DNA of 64,000 bases from Marsupella aquatica (taxonomy: Eukaryota; Plantae; Marchantiophyta), in NCBI GenBank assembly GCA_973895155.1, contig OZ316891.1, positions 15,997,037 through 16,061,036 on the forward strand, in the 5' to 3' direction. The position numbers were made by a program, and so were the translations under genes. Of this stretch, positions 49,956-63,589 are shown one piece after another. A model generated the notes under the pieces. It ran no database searches. It was not told the DNA's origin and saw nothing but the letters and a program-made list of their open reading frames with translations. Every line of letters starts with the position of its first letter. Position 1 is the first letter of the stretch.

Positions 49956-51632
49956 AGTGGTGGACCTTGCCACCAAGCCTCGGGGGGTTAACTTAGTGTA
50001 TATTTTGGGGTACCACGTGCGATCCTAGCCTAATATAAACACACCTATTTTATAATGGGAATATTCTAAAAACATTCTCTATTTTCAATATTAATGACCT
50101 ATTTTACTTTATAAAAGGTATATATTAGAGAATATTTTGTAAATATTGGTCTATAATACCTTCTTTTGCTTCCTACACTTTTTAAAATTAGCTAATTTAT
50201 ATGAAAAATACCTATTTTGGATCGCACGTGGTTCCTAAGATTTTTGATAGTCAACCCCCCGAGCACCAAGCGCCCTCACCAATCCCAGCACTCACACCTA
50301 GGTGCCCTTGGTGCCCGAACGCCTCCACGGAATACCTCAAGCAAGCACCCTAGTGCCCCTTGCACCACCAGCGGCCCCTCCCATACGAAGCCGCACTTGC
50401 TCACCTACACAACCGCTACTCAACGGTCCTCACTGTCTGTACAAGCAACCAAGCACCTCGGTAGGTAACCCTTCTAGATCTAGAACTCGCCAAGTCTAGC
50501 ATCCTAACTCAAGCTCAACAAACGTTGGTAAATAGGTCAACGATAGGTCCTCCCGCTGCCATAAGCCAGAACCAGAACCCACGCCCACTGTCCGTCCAGG
50601 ACAGTTTCTTCTTTGGGCGCGGCCCGGGTTCCCCCTCTTACCTATCCATCACCAACTGACCGCCCTGACCCCAGGACATGCTCATGGCCCAAATAGGGTA
50701 GCTTGTCCTAAAGCTTGTCCCAACACGCCGGGACCAGAATGGTCCCGACCCTAGAATCCACTCCCGGTTCACCTCAAAGATGGTCTAGGGCCAAACACTC
50801 TTGGGACTCAACCTCCACACCTACTTGGCCTTGCCTCCCCAACGCAAGCTCCCTTGGGAGACTGAACGCGGCCTGGCTGCTGTTCGACAGGATTTGGCAA
50901 GCAGGCGAGTTAACACCCGCACGCAAACCCTGAGACCCCAAGGTACCTCTGCACCCAGCTGAGCTCAGAAGGGCATAGCCCTCATCAAGAGCTTTCCAAC
51001 GCACCCAAGAAGTCCTCCAACGGACTCCCCGTTGGGAAGATATCGTCATTTTTGTTTGGCGGTTTTCCTTAGTGTCGCGACCGCCGCGGCTCACGACTTC
51101 GGCTCACCCTTAGCCCCCAGGGAGACACCACTCCTCTCATATATGCTTCTGGAGACCTGCCACCCCCGGACCGGCTTTGGTACCTAAACATTTGGCCCCC
51201 AACCCGGATCCCATCGCGCAACATGGGCACGCCACCAACTGGCAACGCCCATAACTTTCTTGATAGGCATCCGCAAGCGGAGTGCCTTAGCCCGTTATGA
51301 TCGGGCCGACCCAGTGCCCATACCTAGGCCCTCAGGTCTGATCACCGCTCGGGGCCCCCGACCGACCCAACCCAGATCGGGCCACAACTTGCGCCCCAAG
51401 CGTCCGTTGCCCATGGCATCAACTCCATTGGCCTTGGACCTAAGAGGAGCTCACACTCAAGCCCTCAGAACTCAAAGTCCATACGGAGGTCCGGACGGCC
51501 GTCCTTGAGCCCGACCCATTTCCCCTTGACCTGATGAGCTATCCGCTAGTCCAAGTCCTTAGTGTGTGACCCCAGCTTGGCTCCTTGCCTCGCTAGTGCC
51601 GCTAAGTGTTAAGGTAGTCGAGTTCCGTGACT
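49956..51632 (-). repeat. Chromovirus 5' LTR with AGT...ACT termini
   Basis: Lies 2 nt from the PBS; homology to the 3' LTR stops at GACT (51632 and 25506). Confidence 0.88.
49979..50263. mobile_element. MITE in the chromovirus 5' LTR
   Basis: TIR CTCGGGGGGTTAACT / AGTCAACCCCCCGAG, internal inverted CCACGTGCGATCC, 8-bp TSD CACCAAGC, AT-rich core. Confidence 0.9.
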
Positions 51633-52039
51633 GGTCTTCTGTTTCCCACCCTTCAGTCGGCTAAGCTACTTGTTTTGTGACTAGAAGATCCAGTATTGTT
51701 TTTGTTGATCGGGACATGCCCATTCATATGTGTTGATGGATGGGATGACACCAATGGCATCAGACTCGCTAATCATTCACATTTTTTGATTTGGTTCATA
51801 TAGAGTAGATAGCGGATCTCGAAACTAGTTTTGTCAGCGCGTGGCGCTACCCTCTGGTTTTGGGGATAACCTAAAACCTGGATTTCATGTACAGTTCACA
51901 AATTTTTATGATACAAAATGCCTGGCGCTACTTTTAAGCTCAACCATTTTGCTTGGATTTGACACAAATCTAAGATATCTTGGTTCACCCCCCTCAAAAG
52001 TTTGACATAGGAGTTTGCGTTGGAGAGGCAAAGCAAAAT

Positions 52040-52626
52040 AGACATGGAGGTTGAGTTCCAAGTGCACTTGGCCCCTAGACTATCAGTTAAGGGGAAACCT
52101 TGGAGTTGGTTGCTAGAGTCAGGGCCAATATGATCTTGGCATTTTAGGACAAGCTTTGGGACAAGCTAGCTATGTGGGCAATGAGCATGTCCTGGGGGCA
52201 GGGCGTTCAGCCAATGACTGATAGAAAGTGGGGAAGCACAGACGGCACCCAAAGAGGGGTTATTCTGGACGAACAATGGGTGTCGGTTCTAGCTTTGGCT
52301 TTTGGCAAGGCTATGCAAGCCCGAGAGGTTCTATTCGTTGATCTACTTACCAATGTTTGTGAGCTTGAGTTGGGATACTAGTCTTGGAGTGCCTAGATTC
52401 TACAGGTTACTTACCAAGGTGTTTGGTTATTTGCACAGACAATGAGGACCGTTGAGCAACGGTGGTGGTAGGGAGCAAGTGTGGCTTTGTATGGGAGTTG
52501 TCGCTGGAGGTGCCAAAGGTACCAAGTTGCTTGCTCAAGGAGTTCCTAGTAGACGTTTGGTCACCAAGGGCACTTAGGCAAGAGTGCTCGAATTATTGAG
52601 GACATTGGGTGGCAAGGTCCACCACT
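52040..52626 (+). repeat. Old degenerate chromovirus LTR fragment in the opposite orientation
   Basis: Reverse-complement similarity to 49956 to about 50750 without the MITE; ends GGTCCACCACT. Confidence 0.75.
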
Positions 52627-54695
52627 TTTCATCATTGGGCTCATGACTTTGTCTATTTGACTTTTTGCTCACTCCTAGAATTCTATTGTCACCGTCGTTT
52701 CATGGTCTCTACAGATCCAGAGCAAATGTGATCAAGATGATGGGATGAAGTTTGGCTCTGTCTCAAATAATTGAGTTTTGGCAACCATTTAAGTTTAAAC
52801 AAATATTGACTTTTACATTTCTTTTTTTAATTTTAGAACTATTTATTTTATGTTTTCAACAATTTCAATAAGATAAATAAAATGATTATCAAGAAAAGTT
52901 TTACCTCATATCATTGTATTGCACTTTGTATGTCAGTTTCTTTTTAACTCTAAACCCTAAACATTTATGGCATGGCATCCCAATTTTTACGTGGAAGTTG
53001 CCACAAATACAAAAGCTACAGTTATTTTCATTCAGAAGAAAAGTCTATTCCTATTTGCCACAGGCGCTATGCTGAAGTGGTGTGCTGTAGAACCTTAAAT
53101 TTTGGAAAGAATGGGGTCCGTAAATAAGCATGAATAATCCGGGATTACTTGAAATTCTTAAATTGATTAAATATGTACCCAATATTGTTTTAGAGGTAGA
53201 ATATAGAATATAATATAAGTACTAGAGTACATGGATAATTATAAACAATAGTGGACTACCAAGTACTATGTCATATTTCGATTTCGCATTTGCAGATTAG
53301 CCCCCGTCTATACTACAAGTTGTACAGGATGTTCCCACTACTGGTGCAGCAGCCCCTTCCATAAATATCAGGCACAGCTGCAAATCATAAGGTGAGAGGT
53401 TCCAACAGCCTTCAAGCAAGAACAATGCATGAGAAGGGCAATGGTCTGACGATATGGATTGTCTGACAATACGGCCTTTCGCAAACCGAATGGCTGCTGC
53501 AGGATGAAAATTTTTACTCAGTGGGGAAGCCAAGTGATATGAACCTACTATGTCAAAGTTTAAGGCTCAGTCTACACCGCCAAATGTCAGGGGCAAAATT
53601 ACCTCCAATAAGCACTTTGGGTAATTCACACAATTCGCAGACAAGAACCCAAGTGAAATCAACGTCCTTGAACTCGCGATGATATAGCTAAATATCCATG
53701 AGAAGTGCTCAATAATTCACCTCCTTCAGAGGTCCAAGAACGAACTGCTGACACCACCAGTTCCATCCGTTTGACAAGAGAGCTTCATGAACCCATCTTC
53801 AATTTTAAAAACTAATCGGTCATTCAACGGGAATTTCGTTGGAAATAGTGGCAACAAACGTTCAAATGTTCTCAAGCAACCACACTACTATTTCTCCTAG
53901 GAATTTAATCAACTTGCCTCAGTTTGTCAGCGTAAGGACACCGTGGCGAATGATCTTCGGCTATGGACACTGATAACTCAGACTAAGAGCTACATGAAAC
54001 ACATCAATCTCTTGCAGGGTCCCTTATTTAGGGGAAGGGATTACGGGCTATCGCACCAGCTCGCATACAGTCGCAAAATATCATCCTTGACTACCACTTT
54101 TTCCTTTCGTCAACCACAATCAAACGAAGGTAGAGCAGAATGCAATCAACAAACGCAGATGACAGCAGCAGACCATCACGGCCCTCTTGAGTACATGACT
54201 TATAGACTGAACAAATCACAAGCCAAAATCATAGCCCCCACATGACCATAGCAAAACACCCACGCGCATCCCAACCTAACCTACGAAACAGGTAAGTCGG
54301 CCCAAACAGAGGGGCAAAATTCGTATGCCACTAGCAGCCCCAGTTATACAAAGGACCATTGACGACACTGATTGGTAAGAATAGAGTACCAAAATCGTCT
54401 TCAACCACAGAATACCTTTTTATATCATCAAGTACAAGGATCCGCAAGTAGAATGAAGCTTAAGCAAGAGGAGGAGAAAATAGTGCTCTTTTTCGTTTCT
54501 GAATAGCTAATCTACAATATTACAACCCCATGTCACACTGTGCCAACCCATGTGTTCACTCATCATTCAACGTTTTAACTCTTATAAACAAGCCACCGCT
54601 CTCTAACCTTGGGGTTGCCATCAGGCAAAATTCCAAGCTGACCATTAATAACATCCATCTCCCTAAAATATGGAAGATGAATCTTCTGCCTTCTA

Positions 54696-55773
54696 TTATT
54701 GACTTTTCGGTTTAAAAATCTTCACGTAGGGAAGCAATCCAACTACATAGCGAAGTTCAGGGTTCCAATTGAGCTGCTGTGCTCTGCAAAACTGCAAGAA
54801 AGTGTTCCCAAAATAGGCACTGAACCCCATGAAGATGTGCCACCATGCATGCCCTTGAGGGTTTGCTGGCAAAGAGCTCAATCGGTTGCAAAAGTTTCGA
54901 TCCACTAACCAACAGATACCTCCCAAAGAGATTGAGATAAGATACAAGTGACCTAATCGCCTCGCGGGGACCTCTGTAGTGTAAATGTAGTACTTGTACA
55001 TCCGAGGTATGCAGAGCAAACACAAGAAGATGAAATGTAGCTGATATACTAACACAAAATGGAACAGCCAGTGACAAATGGCATATGCAGTGCCGTAAAT
55101 GAAAAGAAAGGTAGGCATGGTGCTTGTATAATGCCAGTCAGGAGAGTAAAGAACGTAGATGTATAGAAGCATGAGCCACACCATGGGCGTTTCATCACTT
55201 TGCTGCTGACTGCACCATCCACCACACACAATTACACGTTATTATAAAAGAGCATTCTAAAGACCCATGACACCTAAAACCTCGCTCTTCAAGGTGCGAG
55301 AGAGCCGATGCAAATATTCCAGACTCAAAAGTGGTGAAGCCACAAACTGGCAGACCGTCAGAGCCTTCCTTCCAAGAAAGCTTTCTTAGACCCAGGACTC
55401 TTAATAAGTACACAGCAGGCCTGTGATCGAGCTTGCACGCATAGCTATCAGATAATTCAAAACCGTCAAGCGAGGAATGACTCCAATAGTGGAAGAGAAT
55501 GAGGGAACTTAGCCATGCAAGGAACACTCACCTATATTTTAAAGTAGCATGAAACAGGATGCTGCCGATGGCAATCGTGATGCTCGAAAGGTGTAGCACA
55601 CTGAACCTCTTCTCAAACCGTTGCCCCATGGTGCTCGAAAGGCCAATTATGGCCAGAACTAGCATAGGAACATTTGAGAGAGTGTTGAAAAACTCACCCA
55701 CATATGGCGATACTTCATAGTTTGCTTCACACCACTCAGTACTCGCTGTGACTGGCCCCCAGTAGCCAGCCAT
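54696..55773 (-). CDS. ACER: Alkaline ceramidase (ACER/phytoceramidase), 2 coding exons (55773-55532, 55209-54696), 251 aa
   Basis: YWGPVTASTEWCEANY, EFFNTLSN, GSILFHATLK, QQQSDETPM, PQGHAWWH. A GT-AG intron gives an intact 756-nt CDS. Confidence 0.95.
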
Positions 55774-58109
55774 TACCCAATTGGACAACCGCCCAAATCT
55801 GGAAGTCTAAGAGATTATAATCATATCGATGCTTGCCAATCCTCGAGCCAATTTCCTACAAAGCCGTGAACATTTCAAACCTGCAAGATGTGGGTGTCGT
55901 CAGTCAAGAACGCATCCGGTACGCGAGAAATAGAGAAGACATACTTGAAGGACAGATTCTGGAAGAAAACTTTGAACCTAAGCCTTGCAGCTTGCTCGTA
56001 AGAAACCAGTCGAAGCCGTGAAGGTTTGCAAATCACCATACAAACGGATCTCTCAAAATGGATGCCAACTTTGACGCGTCTGGACGAGAGATGTAGGAGC
56101 CAACTGTGTCCAGTGCTCAGGTCACCAAGTGAGCATAAGAATTTCGAAGGACTATTTACCTCGGAAACTTGCTAACTTTTGGCAGGGCTCATCTAACCCT
56201 AGATAAGTCACCAAATGAAAGGAGAGAAAACTGAAACAAGCGTCCAACTGCCTAGGTATTCTTACAGCAATTTTACCACGAATCAATGGGCCAGAGACAC
56301 CACTACCAGACCTCGACATCCACAACGTTCCTCCTCCCCCTCCGCTAGACCTCCTCCAGAATAGACCTACCCATCTCTTTGCCCCGTGAGCTTCGTCCAA
56401 TACGATCTCCACAACTCCATCCATCGACTGCTGCTTAAGATGTACGTGTAGCTTACCCTGTGGTGGTACCAACGCAGAAGCAGTGAGAAGGCCTCATAAT
56501 CAATTTCCCCCCATTTTCAATCGTTTCGCGTTTCCACCTGCGTCCATGACTTCTCCGCACATCCTCGACGTTCCACCGCACTACTGACCCTGCCGTGCGC
56601 CGACTCTCGATCGATACAACCTTTCTCTTCTCCTCCCCTGAGGATCGCCGCCCGCCAGAACCAATATTATTTCGACCACCACCCCAACCAAGCTCCGCGT
56701 CACGTCCTTTCCTTGAGTTTACTCCTGCATGCTCCTCCTCTCGCTAAAGCTACACAAGGCAGCCCAAAGCGAAAGCCTAGCCAAGCCAAGCACAGCCCAG
56801 CCAAGTACTGCACCAAACGTCAGTGGAACCAGTGACGGTCATTCGTTTTCTTTGGGCTCGCACTTGTCTCAAAGCCTCTCTTCTCGACTGTGAGCTTCCA
56901 TAGAATAAAATCGAGCAATAATAAAGCGGGCCTCGGCTGGCCGGGCAGATGGAAACGGCAACTCACTTCACTTTCGCTTGGAGGTGCTACTGGTTTTCTG
57001 GTGACGGTGTGCAGGAGGTGGATGCTCTAGATGTATCATGGAGACGCTAGTTGACATCGAGGTGCTATGTGCTGAGGGAAGATCATGTAGGGCAAGGCCT
57101 AAGCGGAAAGGTAATAATTTTGCATCCGTTTTTAAATACATTGCCACTAATGTCTGAACTGACAATAATGTTATTGTTTATTACAAATAAATATGTCACT
57201 AGTTTTGTATATAGTTCCCTTGTTAGGCAGTGAACCTTGTCATCCATATATGATAATGTGACATATTTCTAAATACAAAAAGATATAGCAATGTTTTCAA
57301 TTAGAACATCTTTAGTGGCAAAATAATTGAAAGTTATATTTTGCATTTCAATACATATCAATATGCATCAAAGGTTTTCCTGCTTTAAAGTTAAATAGAG
57401 TGTTATGTAGCAAGTATTAGCACTGACTAGACTTAGGATACATTTAGTTAAATTAGTTTTGCAATTCACTTCAAAACTTGTGGTCTTCCACTTGTCTTAA
57501 CTTTTTTCCAAATTCCACTCAATGTCAAAAGAATCTTCTAAGATAACTGGTCATCACATGTGTCTTGTTTGTTATGGCTGTAGGCGATCGACTCCCCTTA
57601 CAAGTAATATTTGAGAGCCCTAGAATGCTGACCTGCAAGTGAAGGTGCACATTGAATCCATAGTTGATGAGGACAATGATCCAGGACAGAGCACTAAGCT
57701 TGCAAGCATAAGTGGCTTTTGAGGATGATTGACATTTCCTATCAAAACATTTTATCATTTGGATGATTATCTCTACAACAACTTTAGATTGAATGTAGAA
57801 AATTGAATTATCCACAATATCTACTTTTCTCTCTTATGTGTTACAAAGCCCTTGAAAGCAAATGTTTTTTGACCCAAATATCACAGATTTTAATCTGTAC
57901 TTGATTGCGTGGTATCAAATTTTCCATCTTTTGCAAAAAGGCTGCTATATCAATAAATTTTGGTGAGACGTGGCCCTTGGAAGCATGTGTCTTTTGACAG
58001 AAAATCACAGATTTTGGTAAAGAATTGATTAAGCAATATCAGATCAAAACTTTCCATCTTTTGTAGAAATTTGTTGTCGGCTCTAACTCAACCAAGATTC
58101 TAAGGAAAA

Positions 58110-58448
58110 AAATCACTTGGACCTCAACACCCCTACTTTGCATTGCTTCCCCAACGCAAGCTCATGTGCGAAACTGAATGCACCTTGGTTGTTATTTTGG
58201 TAGGATTGGGAAGGGGGCAAGATAGCCCCAAAACCTCAAGGACCACAGGCACCTGCAGACCAAGAGAATATAGTACTCTTTGAGAGATTTCCAATGCACC
58301 CAAGAAATCCTCCAATGGACTTCCCATTGAGAAGTTGACGTTTCCACTTAGTAACCCGGTCGCCGTGCTTCACAACTTAGGCTTGACCTTGGGCCACTAG
58401 GAGACAAAAATCCCCTCATATATGCTTCTAGAGACCTACCACCCCCGG
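58110..58448 (-). repeat. Degenerate chromovirus LTR fragment
   Basis: Similar to about 50800-51168 (CCCCAACGCAAGCTC, GCACCCAAGAA.TCCTCCAA, CCCCTCATATATGCTTCT). Confidence 0.7.
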
Positions 58449-58479
58449 TGTCACGTGGACTTCAAGTAGGGGTCATCGT

Positions 58480-59010
58480 AAACGGATTGTTTCTAGCTAC
58501 GATAAGACAAGCAACAAACAATGGTTGGAGAAATGAAGTGGCCTATTTTGTAGGAGAAGTTTGTCAGAAGGAGTTTCTACTTGGTAGTATTTGAGCAACC
58601 TGACCACAGAGATGAAGCATCAGCATCGGCCCCATGGTTCATGGAGAGAATATTTGTTTACTAATTTGCTTGGGACCCATCGTTTGATGTTAAGAATGGG
58701 AGATTCGCAAAGCTACCGGTGTGGATTGAAAATTCCGTTTAGGGCATTGGCTTTGGAAGGCTGTCGCCGTAAGATAGCGAAATCTTTTGGACAAATTCTA
58801 TACTACATTCAAGGGGAAGAATACAATTCTTACCCACACGATCAAACATGTATACTATGGAATATTGAGAGAGAGATACCGGCCAGTGTTCAAATTTAGT
58901 TTAAGAGAAGACATTGTGATTGGCAACCAGTGATGTTCAAAAACATTCCTAACCACTGCTTCAAATGAAATCTAAAAGGGCACCTCACTTGTGACTATAA
59001 ACAAGGCTGG
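58480..59010 (+). pseudogene. LINE ORF1 relic
   Basis: KIPFRALALE..KIAKSFGQIL...WQPVMFKNIPNHCFK*NLKGHLTCD, a degenerate CX2CX4HX4C knuckle in the plant LINE ORF1 context. Confidence 0.6.
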
Positions 59011-62000
59011 TAGGATAATATATACTAGAGATCAAACTGGTGCGAGGAAGAGCGAGAGGAAGAGGCCCCTGCTAATCAGGTTGAGGGGATCACAAACATA
59101 AATCAAGAGCCCAAAAATTAAGAGCAAATGGCGGAGAGAGAAACTGTTCCTTCCCATAGTGGGGGAGCCACAAGAGTCAATGAGGAAGATATCGGAAGAT
59201 TGAAGATGAGTGTGAATGAGATAGCAATGGAGGCTAGAGGATCCAAGGGTGCAAGATTGGTTACCCCGGTGTCTTGGGAATAGTAAGCTCTCAAGAACAC
59301 GTCGGGTGTCTGGTTGCATGTGCTAATTATGATATAAACAACTTGTGAGAGACCTCATGCTTAGAACCAATTCCCTTGAGAGCCTTGTCCCCTCCCAACC
59401 ATTTCTCAAGTTTCTTGGGTTCCCCTGTGCCCTTTGTGGTTTTCTTCAGATAAACTGAGTGGAAAGGGCGTACCATTTTCCGCAAGGACTCCTAAGCACT
59501 TTTGGTACCAAGAGATATGTGTGATCTACTCCAAATATTGACAATGGGGGACAGGCCCACACTCCACAAATCTGTCCACCAAGTGATAATCTTCTCTACG
59601 TACTTCTTTGAATTCTTGGCTATGATCTCTCATCTATTACACTATTATAAAAACACTCACATCCTCATTTGTGCATTTATAGAGTATTAATAGATCCGAC
59701 GATGCGATAATTGTAATGTATCATTCTTCCCCAAACTTTTGTGTAAGAACTTGTCTAATATTTATCTTCCTCTTTACTATCAACTTGATGCTCACCACAG
59801 AACATAAATTCAGAAATGACGGACTCTCATTCAAATCAATATTGACATTCATACTTCTTATATGCTTTCTATCTAAGAGAGGTTCAACGGCAGAGTCGTC
59901 TCTATTTGATCACAAACTTGTAGACGTTATATCTATGGTATTGGCGGTATAGCCGCTCGGGGGGGTCACTTTTACGGAAGTGCCACATCACGAGCGACAA
60001 AGTATAGGGCCATTTAATTGGGTTTGGTGGAAGACTTCCAAAGTTTCATGGAAGAACAATAGGGCCCATTTTAATTGTTGGGCCGCTTTAAAGAACAATA
60101 GGCATTTTTAAAATGGAACACATTCCACGGAAGGTGTCCAACAAAGTAAGGGTAATTGGTACAAATATTATATGTGACACGCGTCATGTATGTACTGGTA
60201 CATGTGTCTCATTGTAATAGGGACACGTGTTTTTTTAGGTCATAAATATTCATATTTGCCATAATATGCATGTTAAAATTTTTGCCCAACTCTAACCAAA
60301 CTTCAATCTAAAAAATAGTTTATTGGGGGTGGGATCTAAAGCGGGTAGGGGGACCCATGATATCCAGTCAGGGTTTTCAAGGGCCACTAGGGCTTTAGAT
60401 CCAATGGCCAAATAGGGATCGGGTGGCGGCTGCAGGGACGGGGATGGAAGCTCAAGCGAGAATGGGCCTAGGGGTGGCCGACGAAGGAGGATTCGCAAAC
60501 GTTTAGTTTCAAACTCAATGTTTTCTTCGTGAGAGACAAGAGGATTGATGTGTAGCACTGCCAACCTTGGAGCTGTAGTCGACTGTGGAGGCCGGGAGCT
60601 GCATTGTTGGTGCGTTTGGAGATCCATCTTCTTTATGGGAAATTAGAGGATTGCTGTGTAGCGCTACCGCAACATTGGAGCTCTAGTTGATTGAGGAGGT
60701 TGGGAGGACTGTTTTTGGTGCGAGTTCAGAGGCTCTCCATTTTCTTTGTGAGAAATCAAAGGTTGATTGTTGTGCGCTGCTGCAAGCTGGAGCTGTAGTC
60801 AACTGTGGAGGCCGGGAGGATTGTTGTTGCCGCGGTTTTAGAGGTCCGTCCATTCTCTTTGAGACAACTGGGAGGACTGCTGTTGTCGCAAGTTTGGAGG
60901 GCGGAAGGACTATTGCTATGCAACTTTGGAGAGTAGGTAGACTGTGGAGGCTTGTGGAGGTTGACTGCTACTTAGTTTTAGACACTACTCTATAGAGCTC
61001 GGATCGGCGAAAAGAACTCAGGTGATACTCCTAGCTTCTATGGCCCCTTGGAGGTTGCTCCTCTTGCAAATGCTGTCGCACATTGATGTTGCTATTTTTT
61101 TGCTAGCATTTCCTCTCTGCCTGCGACATGGTCTTTCCTTTCATTGAAGAGGAGGGCGATGCTGGCTGGATGTCTGTTGTCTGGTTCTTTAGTTGCAGGG
61201 TTGAGCTGCGTGATATTGCTTGCAGACAGACGTGGACCCAAAAGGGATGCTTGGTGAGGGCAGAAGAGTGAAGGAAGTGTTTGATCTGCCAGTTAGAATC
61301 TATCACTCCTGTGAAGTTTGTAATTGGAAGTTTCCATACAAACAGAGTCTATGTTGTCACAGTCACAAGCCTGTGTGCTTGCATTGCCTTGAAAAGAGCC
61401 ACCCTAAAATCCAACTTGTTCAGATGTAGAAGCTTCTAAAAAGTTGCGCATCTGATCCCCACTTGCATTGGCAAGATTGTCCATTTTGGGTGAACTCAGC
61501 AAGGGACATTCTATTTGGTCCCATTGCTCGGTGGTTCTTGGTGATCGGTGCTTTCTTGGTCATTGGTGCTTGGTTGGTGATCGGTGCTTGATCTTTGTTG
61601 TGATCGGTGCTTGGTGCTCGCCATCCAAATCAGATCCAATCCAATCCTGCACTGACTGTGCTGTGAAGGTAAGAACATTGCTATTCATATAGCAACTCTT
61701 TTTGTGGGTTCCAAAGTGAATGAAATTGTTGTTTGGTTTTGTTTACTTGCAGCTTGGCTTAGCAGAATGCACATAGTTAGCAAAAAACTGATAGTCTCTC
61801 AGGGGGGGTCTATTATCAGAGTTGGAACATGTTAGTAGAAAACTGATAGTAGACAAACAGACCCTCGGAGTATCAAAGAAAGCTTGTTTGTCAATGTGAT
61901 AGAGAACCTGGTTTTTTTTAACCTGGCATTTTTGTTTTTCAAAGCATTTCTGGTGAGACTATAAAGAGTGTCACAGTGAGAGAGTTTGTGGTCCTCATTC

Positions 62001-62207
62001 ACTTTCACTGTACTAAGCTTTTGGTGTATGTTGAGACTATTGATGTTTTATTGAGCTTTTTGTTGTGTTTGGGACTTGTGCAGGGGTTTTGTATTGAATT
62101 ATCGATCATAGAGCAGCAATTCTAGGCATCTGTTTGAAGGATACAAGTAAGCTTCACTTTGTTGCAGAGCAGCAGACGGTTTCTTATAGTTTATGGTTTA
62201 GTGTACT

Positions 62208-62676
62208 ATGAGTCGTAGACAAGCCATTCCACAAAATGCCACACCTAGTTCAATATCAAACCCCATTTTCCAAGGCGTGAATGCCATCTTAGTTCAAAAT
62301 GGATTTTCTAAAGCTCGTTTTCAAGTCTTTCATAGAAAGCTGATAGAACGTCATGGTGGACAAATGTGATATTCTATCCACCAAGACCACTCACATTGTT
62401 GTCGATTCATGGAAAGCAGTCCTATCCACATGGTCCTGGTCTGATGTGAATCGCTTTGTTCAAAATCAGGCAATGAAAGTTGTCTCATTTGAATGGATGT
62501 GTGAATCCTTAAAGGTAGGGTTATGTCTGGAAGAAGGCCCTTTCAACTTAATGTTGACTGAGGTAGATTCTGAGGCTTACAATACCAAGAGGAAACTAGA
62601 AATGATTAAACAGGATGAGGCAAATGCCCTTTGGCAAAGTGTAAACTTGATCATACCAAAACGCAGGTGTATATAG
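62208..62676 (+). pseudogene. BRCT domain exon resembling the Pol-lambda N-terminus, frameshift near 62365
   Basis: IFQGVNAILVQNGFSKARFQVFHRKLIERHGG / STKTTHIVV...VVSFEWMCESLKVG. Confidence 0.7.
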
Positions 62677-63589
62677 GTTACGTTTTCCAAGTGTATCCCT
62701 GTGTTTGGTGCAGTTTACATAATAAAGACTTGCTTGTCTGATGCAAATGTTTGCATATAGGAGTCTGTCTATTTTTGGACACTATCTACTCTGTATTTTT
62801 GTTTGATACTTGTATGCATGAAATATAACTTCAACTGTCTCCCTTTCTTTCTTGCAGGGATCAATTGGTAGAAGTTGGGAATTGGGGAGGTTGTGTTTAG
62901 GCCCTTGCTAAGGTCAATCCCGATACCTTGTTTGTTGTGGCCTTGTTATTTTGTTGGAGTGGGCACAATCTTTGTCTGGTGCACTAAAGATGGTTGTCAC
63001 ACGTAGTGTATTGTCTGAGTACCATCGATAGAAGGGTGAGCGCTTTCGTGTGAAGATGATCCATTCTGTCATCGTGCCTACAGACTGTGTTGTGACCTGG
63101 GGCTATATATCCATCTGTGCCTTGCAACCATTACCAGAGGCTAAGTACATCCCCACCAGCCCCAAACAGTATCCATCTAGTTAAACAGACAGATGGGGTG
63201 TTGGATGAGGACCGTGTCTTCTTGGAGGCTTGTCTCCATTGTCACACCCAGACATGTGATCTTTGTAGGGGAGGTGACTCTAACATAGTGCAGACTTTTG
63301 CACAGTACATGGCAAGAATGTCATGGGATACGTGGTTGCCTGGTGTGGAACACCTGTCATTTCATCAATGATTGTGTCTATGGTGGGACACGTCCAGGTT
63401 CTGCCCATGATGGTGATGCACACTCAAGTTGTTGACTTCTGATTCTGCATTGCTCACATTGCAGGATGGATCAAAGGAGCCCACAAGGAAGTCATGCCCT
63501 TGGTGGTGCCCATTGGCTATGATTGCTGGTGGACTATCGCAGCTCCTTCTGGTACATCACATGCCTGCCCCTCTGCCTGCCCCTAATTT

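Larger units (their letters stand above)
24250..51632 (-). mobile_element. Ty3/Gypsy chromovirus hosting nested insertions
   Basis: 5' LTR 49956-51632; tRNA-Met PBS 49942-49953; gag-PR-RT-RH-INT-chromodomain; PPT near 25511-25520; truncated 3' LTR 24250-25506. Confidence 0.92.

Noticed and set aside
55195-55527. 110-aa ORF between the ceramidase exons
   Set aside because: It lies within the GT-AG intron whose removal gives a normal-length ACER.
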